Shown here piece by piece: positions 1 through 9,811 of a stretch of DNA of 64,000 bases. The notes under the pieces are model-generated. The model was not told the DNA's origin and did no database searches. It saw nothing but the letters and a program-made list of their open reading frames with translations. The translations under genes and the position numbers were made by a program. Source of the DNA: Alphaproteobacteria bacterium (GTDB lineage Bacteria; Pseudomonadota; Alphaproteobacteria; UBA2966); assembly GCA_964291395.2 (NCBI GenBank), contig OZ219856.1, forward strand, positions 512,001 through 576,000. The letters are read 5' to 3'. How positions within the stretch are numbered: position 1 is the stretch's first letter; each line of letters starts with the position of its first letter.

Positions 1-59
1 CTCTCACGACAATCGACGCAGGATCGGAAAACCACGACACGGAGAATCGCTCCAGCGGG

Positions 60-74
60 TTTTTCAGCAGCCTG
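60..74. mobile_element. possible IS terminal inverted repeat (IS5/IS1182-like right end)
   Basis: TTTTTCAGCAGCCTG (reverse complement CAGGCTGCTGAAAAA) resembles termini I recall from IS5/IS1182-type elements. Any element body would lie left of the window. Confidence 0.25.
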
Positions 75-137
75 TTGGATCGGGGACCCATTCGTTCCGG
101 CCGCAAACGGTTCGGGACTACGGCGAAGCGTTCGTCG

Positions 138-1832
138 TCACATGAATTCGAAATCGCAACCCTGGTCTGCCTGTTGAACGGAATCCAGATAGAGCTTGAG
201 GTATCCCCGATCGCTTCCCGGATGAGGGGAGGGCGCCGGCCGGTTCCTGCGGCGGGCCTGAAGTTCCTCGGCGCCGACCTCGAGCTCCAGCCTGCGTGCC
301 GCGACGTCGAGAGAGACCATGTCCCCGTTCTGGACCAGGGCGAGGGGGCCGCCGACGTAGGATTCCGGCGTGACGTGCAGAACGACGGTACCGAACGCGG
401 TGCCGCTCATGCGGGCGTCGGAGATGCGCACCATGTCCTTGACGCCCCGGCGGCCGAGTTTCTTGGGAATGGGCAGATACCCGGCCTCGGGCATGCCGGG
501 TGCGCCTTTCGGGCCCGCGTTCTTGAGAACGAGCACGCTGTCCGCGTCGACGTCGAGATCGGGATCGTCGATCCGTCGGGCGAGGTCCTCGAGGGATTCG
601 AAGACGACCGCCCGGCCCTTGTGAGACATGAGCTCCGGGGATGCGGCGGAATGCTTGATGATGGCGCCTCCCGGCGCGAGGTTCCCGGACAGCACCGCCA
701 GCCCGCCCGAGGGCCGGACGGGCCTGTCGGGAGACCGGACGACGTTTTGCCCGGGCACGCGTTCGCCCGCCTCGATGTTTTCTCCGAGGGGACGGCCGGT
801 GATCGTCGGCGCATCCAACGCGAGGTGCGGCTTGAGTTCCCGCAATACCGCATTCAGACCGCCCGACTCGTGGAGATTCTCCATGTAGTGCTCGCCCGAG
901 GGTTTGAGATCGATGAGCACCGGCACCTCGCGCCCGATGCGGTCGAATTCGTCGAGGTCGACGGCGATTCCCAGTCGCCGGGCGACCGCCGTGATGTGGA
1001 TCAGTCCGTTGGTGGATCCTCCGATCGCCTGGAGCGTGACCAGGGCGTTCCGGAAGGCGTCGGCCGTCATGACCTCCGACGGCCTCGGTCCGGATTGCGC
1101 CATCTCGACGGCCCGGCGCCCGGTCCGTTCGGCGATCCGCAGACGATCGGCATTGACCGCGGGGATGGTCGCGCCGCCGGGCAGCATCATGCCGAGCGCT
1201 TCCGTCATGCAGGCCATCGTGCTCGCCGTGCCCATGACCATGCAGGTGCCGATGGTCGGCGCGAGGCGGCCGGTGATCTCGTCGATGGCGTCGTCGTCCA
1301 GCTGGCCGGCGCGGTAGCTCCCCCACAGGCGCCGGCAGTCCGTGCACGCGCCCAGGCGTTCGCCCTGATAGCGGCCCGTCATCATGGGTCCGGTGACCAC
1401 GACCGCGGCGGGAATGTCGGCGCTGGCCGCGGCCATGAGTTGGGCGGGCACGGTCTTGTCGCATCCGCCGATCAGAACGACCGCGTCCATGGGCTGGGCG
1501 CGCATCATCTCTTCCGTGTCCATTGCCATCAGGTTCCGCAGGAACATGCTGGTGGGGTGGGAAAAGGATTCGTGGACCGAGATCGTCGGGAAGGCCATCG
1601 GCATCCCGCCGGCCAGCATGACGCCCCGCTTCACCGCTTCGATGAGCTTCGGCATGCCCCCGTGGCAGGCGTTGTAGTCGCTGCCCGTGTCGGTGATTCC
1701 GATGATCGGACGCGTCAGGGCATCGTCGGAATATCCCATCGCCTTGATGAAGGCGCGGCGCATGTAGAGGGAGAAGGCCTCGTCGCCGTAGTGGGCGAGA
1801 CCCTTCCGCATGCCTTTGCCGGTCTTGGTCAT
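138..1832 (-). CDS. IlvD/Edd family dehydratase (dihydroxy-acid/sugar-acid dehydratase)
   Basis: 564 aa; NACH, GGCDKT, GTCMVMGTASTM, GGSTN, GPKGAPGMPE and SDARMSGT motifs. Confidence 0.92.
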   Translation of the reverse strand: MTKTGKGMRKGLAHYGDEAFSLYMRRAFIKAMGYSDDALTRPIIGITDTGSDYNACHGGMPKLIEAVKRGVMLAGGMPMAFPTISVHESFSHPTSMFLRNLMAMDTEEMMRAQPMDAVVLIGGCDKTVPAQLMAAASADIPAAVVVTGPMMTGRYQGERLGACTDCRRLWGSYRAGQLDDDAIDEITGRLAPTIGTCMVMGTASTMACMTEALGMMLPGGATIPAVNADRLRIAERTGRRAVEMAQSGPRPSEVMTADAFRNALVTLQAIGGSTNGLIHITAVARRLGIAVDLDEFDRIGREVPVLIDLKPSGEHYMENLHESGGLNAVLRELKPHLALDAPTITGRPLGENIEAGERVPGQNVVRSPDRPVRPSGGLAVLSGNLAPGGAIIKHSAASPELMSHKGRAVVFESLEDLARRIDDPDLDVDADSVLVLKNAGPKGAPGMPEAGYLPIPKKLGRRGVKDMVRISDARMSGTAFGTVVLHVTPESYVGGPLALVQNGDMVSLDVAARRLELEVGAEELQARRRNRPAPSPHPGSDRGYLKLYLDSVQQADQGCDFEFM

Positions 1833-1899
1833 GTTCCGTGGCTCCCCGTTCCGCCGGCGGGATCCGGCCCGTTCCGGGATGCGTTCTCCGGTGCGCCGC

Positions 1900-2979
1900 C
1901 TATTCCGCCGCCTGGGGGAGGGTCGCGCCGATGTCCTTCAGCGGGCCGAGTTCCTTTTCCAGCATCGGCCGTATGTCGCTGGCGAACTTCTCCATCGTGT
2001 TCATGGCCTGGGTATGGCTGGAGCGCCCGACCTGGACATGGAACATGACGTGACTGGGGCTGCCGGCGCGAATGTCGGCGGCCAGTCTCTCCGCGATCGT
2101 TTCGCAGTCACCGACCAGCAGGTTGTCGGCCATTTCCTCGAGGGGCGGTTCGTCCGGGAACGGGATTTCGGTCATCATGCCGCCGTCCATGACCTCGGCG
2201 CGCCGGCGCAGCGCCGAGGCGAGCCGCATCTGGTGACGGGCGTTGTCGACGTAGGCGAGCGCTTCCTCCCGGCTCTCGGTGACGCAGAGGAATCGCTGGA
2301 TCCCGAGCGGCATCGTGCCGGGGTCCTTGCCCTCCGCCTTCCAGGACTCTTCGATCCGCGCCCGCATCTCGGCGATGTAGTCCGCGCCCTTCCAGCGTGC
2401 CGTGAACATGGGAACCAGGCCGCGCCGCGCCGCGAGGCGATGGCCCGCCTCATTGTCCCCGGCGAGCCAGATTTCCGGAGTGCCGTTTACCGGGCGGGCG
2501 CTGATGTGGGTTTCGGGCATGGAGTAGTGTTTGCCCGTGTAGGTGAACGTGGTGCGGGTGAAGGCGAGGTCGAGGAGATCGAGGAACTCTTCCAGCATCT
2601 CCCGGGCCTGGGCCAGGTCGGCGCCGAATCGATCGAACTCGTAAGGCTGGTAGCCGCTGCCGACGCCGAGGATCAGGCGTCCCGAGCTCAGCGAGTCCAC
2701 CATGCCGATCTCGGCCAGCACGCGGGCCGGATGGTAGAGGGGAGTCACGATCACGGCGGTGCCGAGACGGATGTCCCGCGTGGCCGACGCGCACGCGGCG
2801 GCCATCATGAGCGGCGACGGGCAGACGCAGTAGTTGGAGAAATGGTGTTCGGCGAACCAGGCGGTGTCGAAACCCAGCCAGTCGGCGTGTTTCACCTGCT
2901 CGAGGTGTTCACGGAAGACCCGTTCGGTCGTGAAGCCCTTGTCGCGGTATCCCATCAAGCTGAAATGCCCGAAATCCAT
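1900..2979 (-). CDS. LLM-class flavin-dependent oxidoreductase (luciferase-like monooxygenase)
   Basis: 359 aa; GFDTAWFAEHHF, IRLGTAV, GRLILGVGSGY. Confidence 0.9.
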   Translation of the reverse strand: MDFGHFSLMGYRDKGFTTERVFREHLEQVKHADWLGFDTAWFAEHHFSNYCVCPSPLMMAAACASATRDIRLGTAVIVTPLYHPARVLAEIGMVDSLSSGRLILGVGSGYQPYEFDRFGADLAQAREMLEEFLDLLDLAFTRTTFTYTGKHYSMPETHISARPVNGTPEIWLAGDNEAGHRLAARRGLVPMFTARWKGADYIAEMRARIEESWKAEGKDPGTMPLGIQRFLCVTESREEALAYVDNARHQMRLASALRRRAEVMDGGMMTEIPFPDEPPLEEMADNLLVGDCETIAERLAADIRAGSPSHVMFHVQVGRSSHTQAMNTMEKFASDIRPMLEKELGPLKDIGATLPQAAE

Positions 2980-3046
2980 CGCCGTTCTCCAGAGTCGTCA
3001 TGCCGTTCGCCGCGAGCCCGCTCGCGGTGGCGCCCGTTCCTGCAAC

Positions 3047-4003
3047 TTACCTTCGTGGACCAGCCGAATCCAACGCGCCCTGCCTCACCTCGAACACGAG
3101 CTTCCCGCGGAGATGACGCCCTTCGCTGATCCTGTGCGCCTCGGCCGCTTCGGACAGGGAGAACGGAGTGATTTCGGGAACGCGTACGGCCCCCGCATCC
3201 AGCAGCTCGATGATTCTCTCCAGGTGAAGGCGATCCCGGTTCACCCGGGGCCTGAGGGCCTGAACGTCGTCCCGCGGCGGGGCCGGCGCCTTGGGGCCGG
3301 ACGCGATGAAGGCGATTCGTCCCCCCGGCTTCAACACCTCGAACGAGCGTTCCGCGACGCCGCCGCCCACGGTCTCGAACACGGCGTCGCAGTCGGTCAC
3401 GGCCTCGACGAAGTCCCGGGCGTTGTAGTCGATGATCTCGTCGGCGCCGAGACCTGCGAGATAGTCGCGATTGGCCGCGCTGGCCGTCGTCACCACGTGC
3501 GCTCCGATGTGCTTGGCCAGTTGGATCCCGAAGCCGGCGACGCCGCCTGCCCCGCCCTGGATGAGTATCTTCTCCCCCGGTCGGAGTCGCAGCGTGTCCT
3601 CGATCGAAACCAGAGCCGTGAGGCCGCCGAGGGAAACGGCCGCCGCGTCCGTGTGGGAGAGGCGGTCCGGCTTCTTCGCGATGATGGCGGCCTTGACCGC
3701 GATCTTCTCCGCGTAGGCGCCTTCCTGGCCCACGTCGCAGACGCCGAACACCGCGTCTCCCGCCGCCAGGTCCGTGACTTCTCTTCCGGCCGAGTTGACG
3801 ATCCCCGAGAAATCGCGCCCGAGAACGTAGGGGAACCGGAGGTCCGCGCCGTAGGTGCCGGAGCGCACCTTCCAGTCCGCGGCGTTGACGCTCGCCGCGT
3901 GGACGTCGACGATCACTTCGTCCGCTCCGGCGACGGGATCGGGAACGTCGCCGAACTTCAGGACCTCGGGTCCGCCGTATTCCTCCAGGTACGCGGCTTT
4001 CAT
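3047..4003 (-). CDS. NADP-dependent MDR oxidoreductase (quinone oxidoreductase-like)
   Basis: 318 aa; YGGPEVL, ASVNAADWK, GRDFSG, GGAGGVA, GKLVF. Confidence 0.9.
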   Translation of the reverse strand: MKAAYLEEYGGPEVLKFGDVPDPVAGADEVIVDVHAASVNAADWKVRSGTYGADLRFPYVLGRDFSGIVNSAGREVTDLAAGDAVFGVCDVGQEGAYAEKIAVKAAIIAKKPDRLSHTDAAAVSLGGLTALVSIEDTLRLRPGEKILIQGGAGGVAGFGIQLAKHIGAHVVTTASAANRDYLAGLGADEIIDYNARDFVEAVTDCDAVFETVGGGVAERSFEVLKPGGRIAFIASGPKAPAPPRDDVQALRPRVNRDRLHLERIIELLDAGAVRVPEITPFSLSEAAEAHRISEGRHLRGKLVFEVRQGALDSAGPRR

Positions 4004-4049
4004 CGTCTCTCCGCTCCGGTTCTTCGGCCGCCGGTTCCGCTCCCGCCCG

Positions 4050-4427
4050 TCATGCGGAGCGCACCTTCGTGAAACTGCTCTTTCGGGTCATGAGGCCGTC
4101 GCGGAACGTGATCACGTCAATGGTCATCCACTCGGTGTCCTCGCCGTCCTTCGATCGTGCCCTGCGCATGTACTCGCAATAGACCTTGTTGCCGGCGATC
4201 CGGGTATCGAGCGGTTCCCACCGCACCGATTCGACACTGTCGAAAAGCGCCTGGAAGGCGCCCGCGATGGCTTCCTTCCCCTTGAAGGTGGTGCCCTCCG
4301 CGTCCGGTCCGCGGCTGGTGTCGAAGCAGGCGTCCTCCGTGAAGTACGGCATGACGGCCGAGACGTCGTTGCTGTTGAACGCTTCGTTGATGGCGTTCAC
4401 CAGCTTTTCCGTGGGTGTATCGCTCAT
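4050..4427 (-). CDS. SnoaL/NTF2-like protein
   Basis: 125 aa; AFNSNDVSAVMPYFTEDA, GKEAI, DVITFRDG. Confidence 0.85.
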   Translation of the reverse strand: MSDTPTEKLVNAINEAFNSNDVSAVMPYFTEDACFDTSRGPDAEGTTFKGKEAIAGAFQALFDSVESVRWEPLDTRIAGNKVYCEYMRRARSKDGEDTEWMTIDVITFRDGLMTRKSSFTKVRSA

Positions 4428-4457
4428 GGTCGAGGTCTCCGGCGCTGTGTCGCGGCC

Positions 4458-5297
4458 TCAGGCTGCCAGAGCGAGGCAGCGCTCGGCAAACGACCCGAGC
4501 TCTCGATTGAACCGATCCGGCTCTTCATAGAACGGCGCGTGGCCGACGCCGGGATAGATCGAGAGTTCGGCGTGGGGGATGAGTTCGGCATGATGTTTCG
4601 CCAGGGCAACGACGAGGGACCGGTCCCGGTCCCCGTGAATGATCCAGGTCGGCAGCACGACTTGCGACAGCACGTCGTCGTTGTCGAGGGTTCGCTCGAG
4701 CATGGCGCGGCAGACATGGGGCGGAACGACGGCGTTGTATCCCACCATCTCGTAGTAGTCGCCTGCCGGGATTTCCGCATGAGTCAGCGATTGAAGGAAC
4801 GCCTCGATCCCCGCGATGCGGGTTGCCGCTTCGTCGGCCAGAAAGCCCGGCAGGAGGTCGTGGAAGAGGCTGCCCGCCATCACGTCCGCGGCTTCCGTCC
4901 CGATCTTCGAGCGTGCGCTGATCAATCCCAGCCCGCCCAGCTTGGATTGATCCTCGAAGCGCAGGAAATCGCAGGCGGCCAGTCCCGAATACGACCAGGC
5001 GAGCAGAATGGGCCGCTCCAACTCCAGATGCTCGATCACGGCCGCGATGTCTCCGGCCCAACGCCATCCCTCCGTGTAGCTCTCTGTCGTGCGTGGCTTG
5101 TCCGAACGGCCGTGGCCGCGAAGATCGGGTGTGATCAGACGAAACCGTTCCTTGAGGGCGCTCCCGTACTGCCGTTTCCACGAGTGCGCGCACTGGGCGA
5201 ATCCATGGGTAAGGATGAGGGATGGCGCGTCGGCGTTGCCGTGGTCGTCGACGATCAGGCGAATCCCGTCGCTCCCGGTTATCGCGTGGGTCTTCAT
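4458..5297 (-). CDS. alpha/beta hydrolase
   Basis: Start refined to MKTHAITG (GGGAG upstream); HGFAQ, DLRGHGRS, AWSYSG nucleophile elbow, HGDRD, GHAPF. Confidence 0.9.
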   Translation of the reverse strand: MKTHAITGSDGIRLIVDDHGNADAPSLILTHGFAQCAHSWKRQYGSALKERFRLITPDLRGHGRSDKPRTTESYTEGWRWAGDIAAVIEHLELERPILLAWSYSGLAACDFLRFEDQSKLGGLGLISARSKIGTEAADVMAGSLFHDLLPGFLADEAATRIAGIEAFLQSLTHAEIPAGDYYEMVGYNAVVPPHVCRAMLERTLDNDDVLSQVVLPTWIIHGDRDRSLVVALAKHHAELIPHAELSIYPGVGHAPFYEEPDRFNRELGSFAERCLALAA

Positions 5298-5475
5298 GGC
5301 TCCCGCAGGCTTGGATGCTTGGATGGCTCGTCGGAACGTATCACACGTGCCGGGGTTGCCGAATCCGGCGGCGCGTATCGTCTTGATGGATCGCATGCCG
5401 TTTGCAGCGCTGCCGTTTGCGGGGCCGATTCGCCGGCCGTTCGAACGATGTCTGAGCGGGATTACGACTACATCG
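5222..5475. repeat. direct repeat A, copy 1 (hydrolase 5' end + divergent intergenic region + GMC 5' stub)
   Basis: Aligns by eye with 6072-6423 with scattered substitutions; copy 2 has an extra 110 bp. Confidence 0.9.
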
Positions 5476-5740
5476 GCAAGGCGGGCGGGGCCAAGTTCTG
5501 GTTCCACGGCCTGCGCAACAGCTGAATCTCCCGCAGGTCGCTCCGGAACCGGAAGAACACTCTGCGGTCCCCCACTCTCAGCCGCCATTCCGGCGGTCTC
5601 GTGTCCCGAAGCTTGGCGACGTCGCCACGACCGCTGTCAGCCAGCTCGATCACCGCCTCGCGGACCCGGCGCGCCATTGCCGGGTCGAGCCTCTTCATGT
5701 CCCTGAGAGCGGGGCGGGTCCAGACGAGCTTCCACGTCAT
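5468..5740 (-). CDS. type II TA toxin, RelE/ParE family (C-terminus possibly chimeric)
   Basis: 90 aa; WKLVWTRPALRDMKRL, GDVAKL, WRLRVGDRRVFF; ATGA overlap with the upstream gene; stop lies inside repeat A. Confidence 0.8.
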   Translation of the reverse strand: MTWKLVWTRPALRDMKRLDPAMARRVREAVIELADSGRGDVAKLRDTRPPEWRLRVGDRRVFFRFRSDLREIQLLRRPWNQNLAPPALPM

Positions 5741-5991
5741 ATCCCGAGTTCGGCGCGCAACTCGCGGTCGGAGACCACATCACCTGCTTCAAGGGCGCGT
5801 CGTCCCTCGGCAAGCGACTCTCGGTCACCCTCGCTCAGCGGCCCGGCTGCCTCGGGAGCGTTCAGGAGCGTCTGGACGAAGGGGTGGCCGAGCCCGGCCA
5901 GAAATTCGAGGTAGCGCTCGGCAGCGGCGAGCTCGCCCGCGGGAAGGGCGTCGACCAGACGATGCAGTCTCTCCTTGGGCTCGGTTGCCAT
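5737..5991 (-). CDS. putative antitoxin of the RelE-like toxin
   Basis: 84 aa from MATEPKERLHRLVDALP; acidic C-terminus EGRRALEAGDVVSDRELRAELGI; translationally coupled to the toxin. An alternative start is at 6018. Confidence 0.75.
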   Translation of the reverse strand: MATEPKERLHRLVDALPAGELAAAERYLEFLAGLGHPFVQTLLNAPEAAGPLSEGDRESLAEGRRALEAGDVVSDRELRAELGI

Positions 5992-6071
5992 GTCGGTCTT
6001 TCGGTGGACGGCGGTCATCCTCGATATCCCCGGAGTCTAGGGGTTTCGTCCGTCGTCGTCGAATCGCTGGC

Positions 6072-6423
6072 ATGGCGCGTCGGCGTTGCCGTGGTCGTGG
6101 ACGATCAGGCGAATCCCGTCGCTCCCGGTTATCGCGTGGGTCTTCATGGCTCCCGCAGGCTGGGATGGCTCGTCGGAACGTATCACACGTGCCGGGGCTG
6201 CCGAATCCGGTAGCGCCTCGCCTCGCGACGTGCTGGCGGGGTGGGGCGCCGTGTGCCATAAACGCGGCCTCCCGGCAGGCGCTGCCGCCGCGCGTCCGGG
6301 CGGTACTCGAACGACACCGGCGGCGCGTATCGTCTTGATGGATCGCATGTCGTTTGCAGCGTTGCCGTTTGCGGGGCCGATTGGCCGCTCGAGTGATGTC
6401 TGAGCGGGAATACGACTACATCG
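6072..6423. repeat. direct repeat A, copy 2 (hydrolase 5' stub + intergenic region + start of GMC gene)
   Basis: Matches 5222-5475; contains extra segment 6211-6320 bounded by CCGG. Confidence 0.9.
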
Positions 6424-8031
6424 TCGTCGGCGCGGGCTCGGCGGGATGCGCGCTGGCCGCGCGACTGGTGGAGACCGGGCGGTTCCGTATCCTCTTGGTG
6501 GAGGCCGGCGGCAAGGACGACAACGTCTGGATTCACGTTCCCCTCGGCGTGGGCAGGCTGATCGCCGACGAGAAGGTACGCCTGGAAGTTCTTCAGTACG
6601 CCCCAGCGGCATATGAACGGTCAGGCGATCTATTCGCCCCGGGGCAAGGTGCTCGGGGGATCGAGCGCGCTGAACGGCATGGCGCATGTTTGGGGTGAAG
6701 CGGCCGTGTTCGACTCCTGGCGCGATTCGGGCCTGGTCGGTTGGGGTTTCGAAGATCTCAAGCCGTACTTCAAGCGGCTCGAGAGCAACGGCTACACGAA
6801 TTCCGGGGATCGGGGCCATGAGGGTCCTGTCCGGATCACCGACCTGAAGGCCCGCATGCCGGATCCGCTGTCCGATGCCTTCGTGGCGGCCTGCGTGTCG
6901 GCCGGAATCGAGGAGACTCCGGACTACAACAGCGTCTCGTACGAAGGGGTGCGCTATTTGGAACAGACGGCGCACGAGGGACGCCGCTTCACGACTGCCG
7001 TCGCCTATCTGCGCAATCTTCGGTACGCGTCGATGCTGGACGTTCAGACCGACGCAGTGGTGGAACGGGTGCAGTTCGCCGGAAAGCGGGCCACCGGAAT
7101 CGTGTATCGGCGGGATGGACGGGTTCGGACTGCCAGGGCGCGCGGAGAGGTCCTGATCTGCGGCGGCGCCGTGAAGTCGCCCCAGATACTCGAGCTGTCC
7201 GGAATCGGCCGTGGCGAGCTCCTGCGACGTCATGGCATTCCCGTGGTTCACGAGCTCCCGGACGTCGGCGAGCACCTGAGCGACCATCTTCAGGTACGGT
7301 GTACCTATCAGACGACGCTGCCGATCACCGTCAACGACATCATGCGCAGTCCGTACTACAAGATCAGGTACGGGCTTCAATACCTGTTGACCCGCAAGGG
7401 CTTGATGGCGGGGACGTCCTCCACGGCACACGCGATCGCTCGGACGGATCCTTCGCTTTCGAAAGCGGATGCGATGATCCGTCTCTATCAGATCAGTGGC
7501 GCGGACCGTTATTCCCGAAGCAAGACCGGCGGCATCGATCGATTCCCGGGCTTCACGATCGGCGGGTTCAAGCTCCATCCCGCCTCGCGCGGCTCGGTGC
7601 ACATCGCATCCCCCGATCCGAACGGGGATCCGGCTCTGGACCCCAATTATCTGGAACGGCAGGATGACAGGGACGCGGCCGTTCGGATCCTGAAACTGAT
7701 CCGGAGAGTCGCGGATCAATCGGATTGGCGGGATTACATCGTCGCCGAGCGTCGGCCCGGACCCGAGGTCCGTTCCGACGACGCTCTGCTCGACTACGTC
7801 AAGGAGACCGGGCAGACCGCCTGGCATACCGTCGGCAGTTGCCGCATGGGGGCCGCGGGGTCTTCCGTGGTCGACTCGTCGTTGCGCGTGCACGGCATCG
7901 AACGGTTGCGCGTGATCGACGCGTCGGTGCTGCCGACGATCCCATCCTCCAACACCAACGCGGCGGCCATCGTCGTCGGCGAGAAAGGCGCGGATCTGGT
8001 GCTCGCGGAGTCCGCCCTGGGCAATGTTTGA
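6396..8031 (+). CDS. GMC family oxidoreductase (choline dehydrogenase-like), apparent +1 frameshift near 6575
   Basis: [17 protein letters not shown] in one frame, [14 protein letters not shown]...[10 protein letters not shown]...NTNA in the next; removing one G at 6575-6576 gives [17 protein letters not shown]. Confidence 0.85.
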
Positions 8032-8077
8032 GAAGGCCGGACGATCGCCGTGACCCGATGAACTCGGGGCCGGGGGT

Positions 8078-9133
8078 TCAGGGCCGAAGAACCACCCGGC
8101 CGACGATCCTGCCGCCCTGCTGGAGATCTTCGAGGACGCTGGTCGCCTCTTCCAGCGGCCGCGTCGTGACCGGCAGCGGCGTGATCCTGCCGGCCATGAC
8201 CAGGGCCATGAGCTCCTTGAGTTCCTCCAGGGAGCCTACGTACGACCCCCGCAGCATGCGATGCTGAAGAGGCAGGAACGGTACCGGGAACGTGAACTTT
8301 CCGCCGTACAGGCCGACGATCACCTGCATGCCGCCGCGGCAGAGCGAGTCGAAGCCGAACTGCGCGGTTTCCGGGCTGCCGACGAAGTCGATGGCGGCGC
8401 GGGCGCCGCCGCCGGACAGTTCTTTGACCTCTTCCGCGGCGGTCGCGGTGGAGTTGTCCACGGCGTGCGCCGCGCCGGCGTCGAGTGCCGCCTGCCGTTT
8501 CCCGGGGTCGATGTCGGCGGCGACGATCTTCGCGCCGGTGAGGGCCGGCGCGACGTTCATCGCGTTCAGGCCGACGCCTCCGGCACCGATGATCAGGAGG
8601 GTATCGTCGTCGTTCAGCGGCGTGACCTTCTTGATCGCGCTGTAGACGGTCAGGCCGGAGCAGGCGTAGGTGCACGCCAGGGTCTCGGCCACGTCGCCGT
8701 ATTCCACCAGATAGCGGGCGTCCGGGACGACGACGTGGTCGCTGTATCCGCCGTGCCGGCGCGTGCCCAGCGGGTTCGGCGACACGCAGTCGACCTCGCG
8801 GTCGTCCTGGCAGGCCCGGCATTCGCCGCAGCCGATCCACGGAAAGACGATGCGCTTGTCGCCGACGGATACGCCGGTCGCGTCGGGGCCCAATGCGACG
8901 GCTTCGCCGATGACCTCGTGGCCCATGGTGAAGGGGAGTTGCACGCCGCGGCTTTCGATGGTGGCCCGCTCGCCGTCGCCGAGATCGAAATAGCCGTGCC
9001 AGACGTGCACGTCGGTATGGCATACGCCGCAGGCCGTCACCTTCACCAGGACTTCCGTGCCCTGCGGTTCCGGGTCGGGGTATTCGTGCATTTCGAGGGG
9101 TTTGCCCCATTCGACGATCTGGCAGCTACGCAT
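8078..9133 (-). CDS. zinc-dependent alcohol dehydrogenase
   Basis: 351 aa; CGVCHTD, GHE, CGECRAC...C structural zinc site, GAGGVG. Confidence 0.92.
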   Translation of the reverse strand: MRSCQIVEWGKPLEMHEYPDPEPQGTEVLVKVTACGVCHTDVHVWHGYFDLGDGERATIESRGVQLPFTMGHEVIGEAVALGPDATGVSVGDKRIVFPWIGCGECRACQDDREVDCVSPNPLGTRRHGGYSDHVVVPDARYLVEYGDVAETLACTYACSGLTVYSAIKKVTPLNDDDTLLIIGAGGVGLNAMNVAPALTGAKIVAADIDPGKRQAALDAGAAHAVDNSTATAAEEVKELSGGGARAAIDFVGSPETAQFGFDSLCRGGMQVIVGLYGGKFTFPVPFLPLQHRMLRGSYVGSLEELKELMALVMAGRITPLPVTTRPLEEATSVLEDLQQGGRIVGRVVLRP

Positions 9134-9307
9134 CGTTGCGACCTCGACATTCCAGGTTCCTTGATCGGGCGGGCATTGTGCAGATTTGCCGTCGCGGTGT
9201 CACGGCCGGCTCCGGCGAGGACGCGTGTCGGTCTATGCGTCGGTCGGGGAAAAGGGGTGCTCCCCGTGATCGGCAACGCCGCGCACGAGAAAGGCCGCCG
9301 TCCCGGA

Positions 9308-9811
9308 TCACCTGCGGTCGAGGGCGACCGGCGGAGGGTTTCGCAGCGTCTGATAGATGACGCAGTAGCGTTCCGTCAGTTTGAACAACGTCGCCAGGCT
9401 GTCCGCGTCGGCGTCGGTATCGAGGTCGAACGCCAGTCGGATATCCCTGAAACCGACCGGTGCTTCCTTGTCGACTCCGAGGGTTCCCCGGAAATCGAGA
9501 TCGCCTTCGGCGCTGACCTTTCCGCCCCGGACCTCGATCCCGAGGGCCGTGGCGACCGCCCGCAGAGTGACGCCGGCGCAGGCGACGAGCGCTTCGAGCA
9601 GCATGTCGCCGGAACAGGCCTGGGTGCCGTCCCCGCCCGAGGCGGGATGGAGGCCCGCTTCCACCAGCGCTTTGCCGGTTTGCACCGAACAGGCGACGCC
9701 TTCCCCGTCCAGCGTTCCGGCCGCGGACAGGGTGATGACGGCCGCCTCGGGCGTTTCCCGATAGGTGTTCTTGAGGGGCGCCTGCAGGGCACGCAGTTCT
9801 TCGGATTTCAC
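9308..9811 (-). CDS. OsmC family protein
   Basis: GTG start after GGAGG; GLHPASGGDG, CSGDMLLEALVAC, ERYCVIYQTL. Confidence 0.88.
   Translation of the reverse strand: MKSEELRALQAPLKNTYRETPEAAVITLSAAGTLDGEGVACSVQTGKALVEAGLHPASGGDGTQACSGDMLLEALVACAGVTLRAVATALGIEVRGGKVSAEGDLDFRGTLGVDKEAPVGFRDIRLAFDLDTDADADSLATLFKLTERYCVIYQTLRNPPPVALDRR

Noticed and set aside
138-1832. Biosynthetic ilvD assignment
   Set aside because: Motifs (ERLGACTDCRR, SDARMSGT) and catabolic context fit the sugar-acid dehydratase-like branch, so the symbol was withheld.
75-2048. Long ORFs such as 75-2048 (+), 8261-10126 (+), 47874-50831 (+) and the 42332-44359 (-) extension
   Set aside because: Antisense or off-frame shadows of recognisable genes, expected in high-GC DNA; no family motifs.
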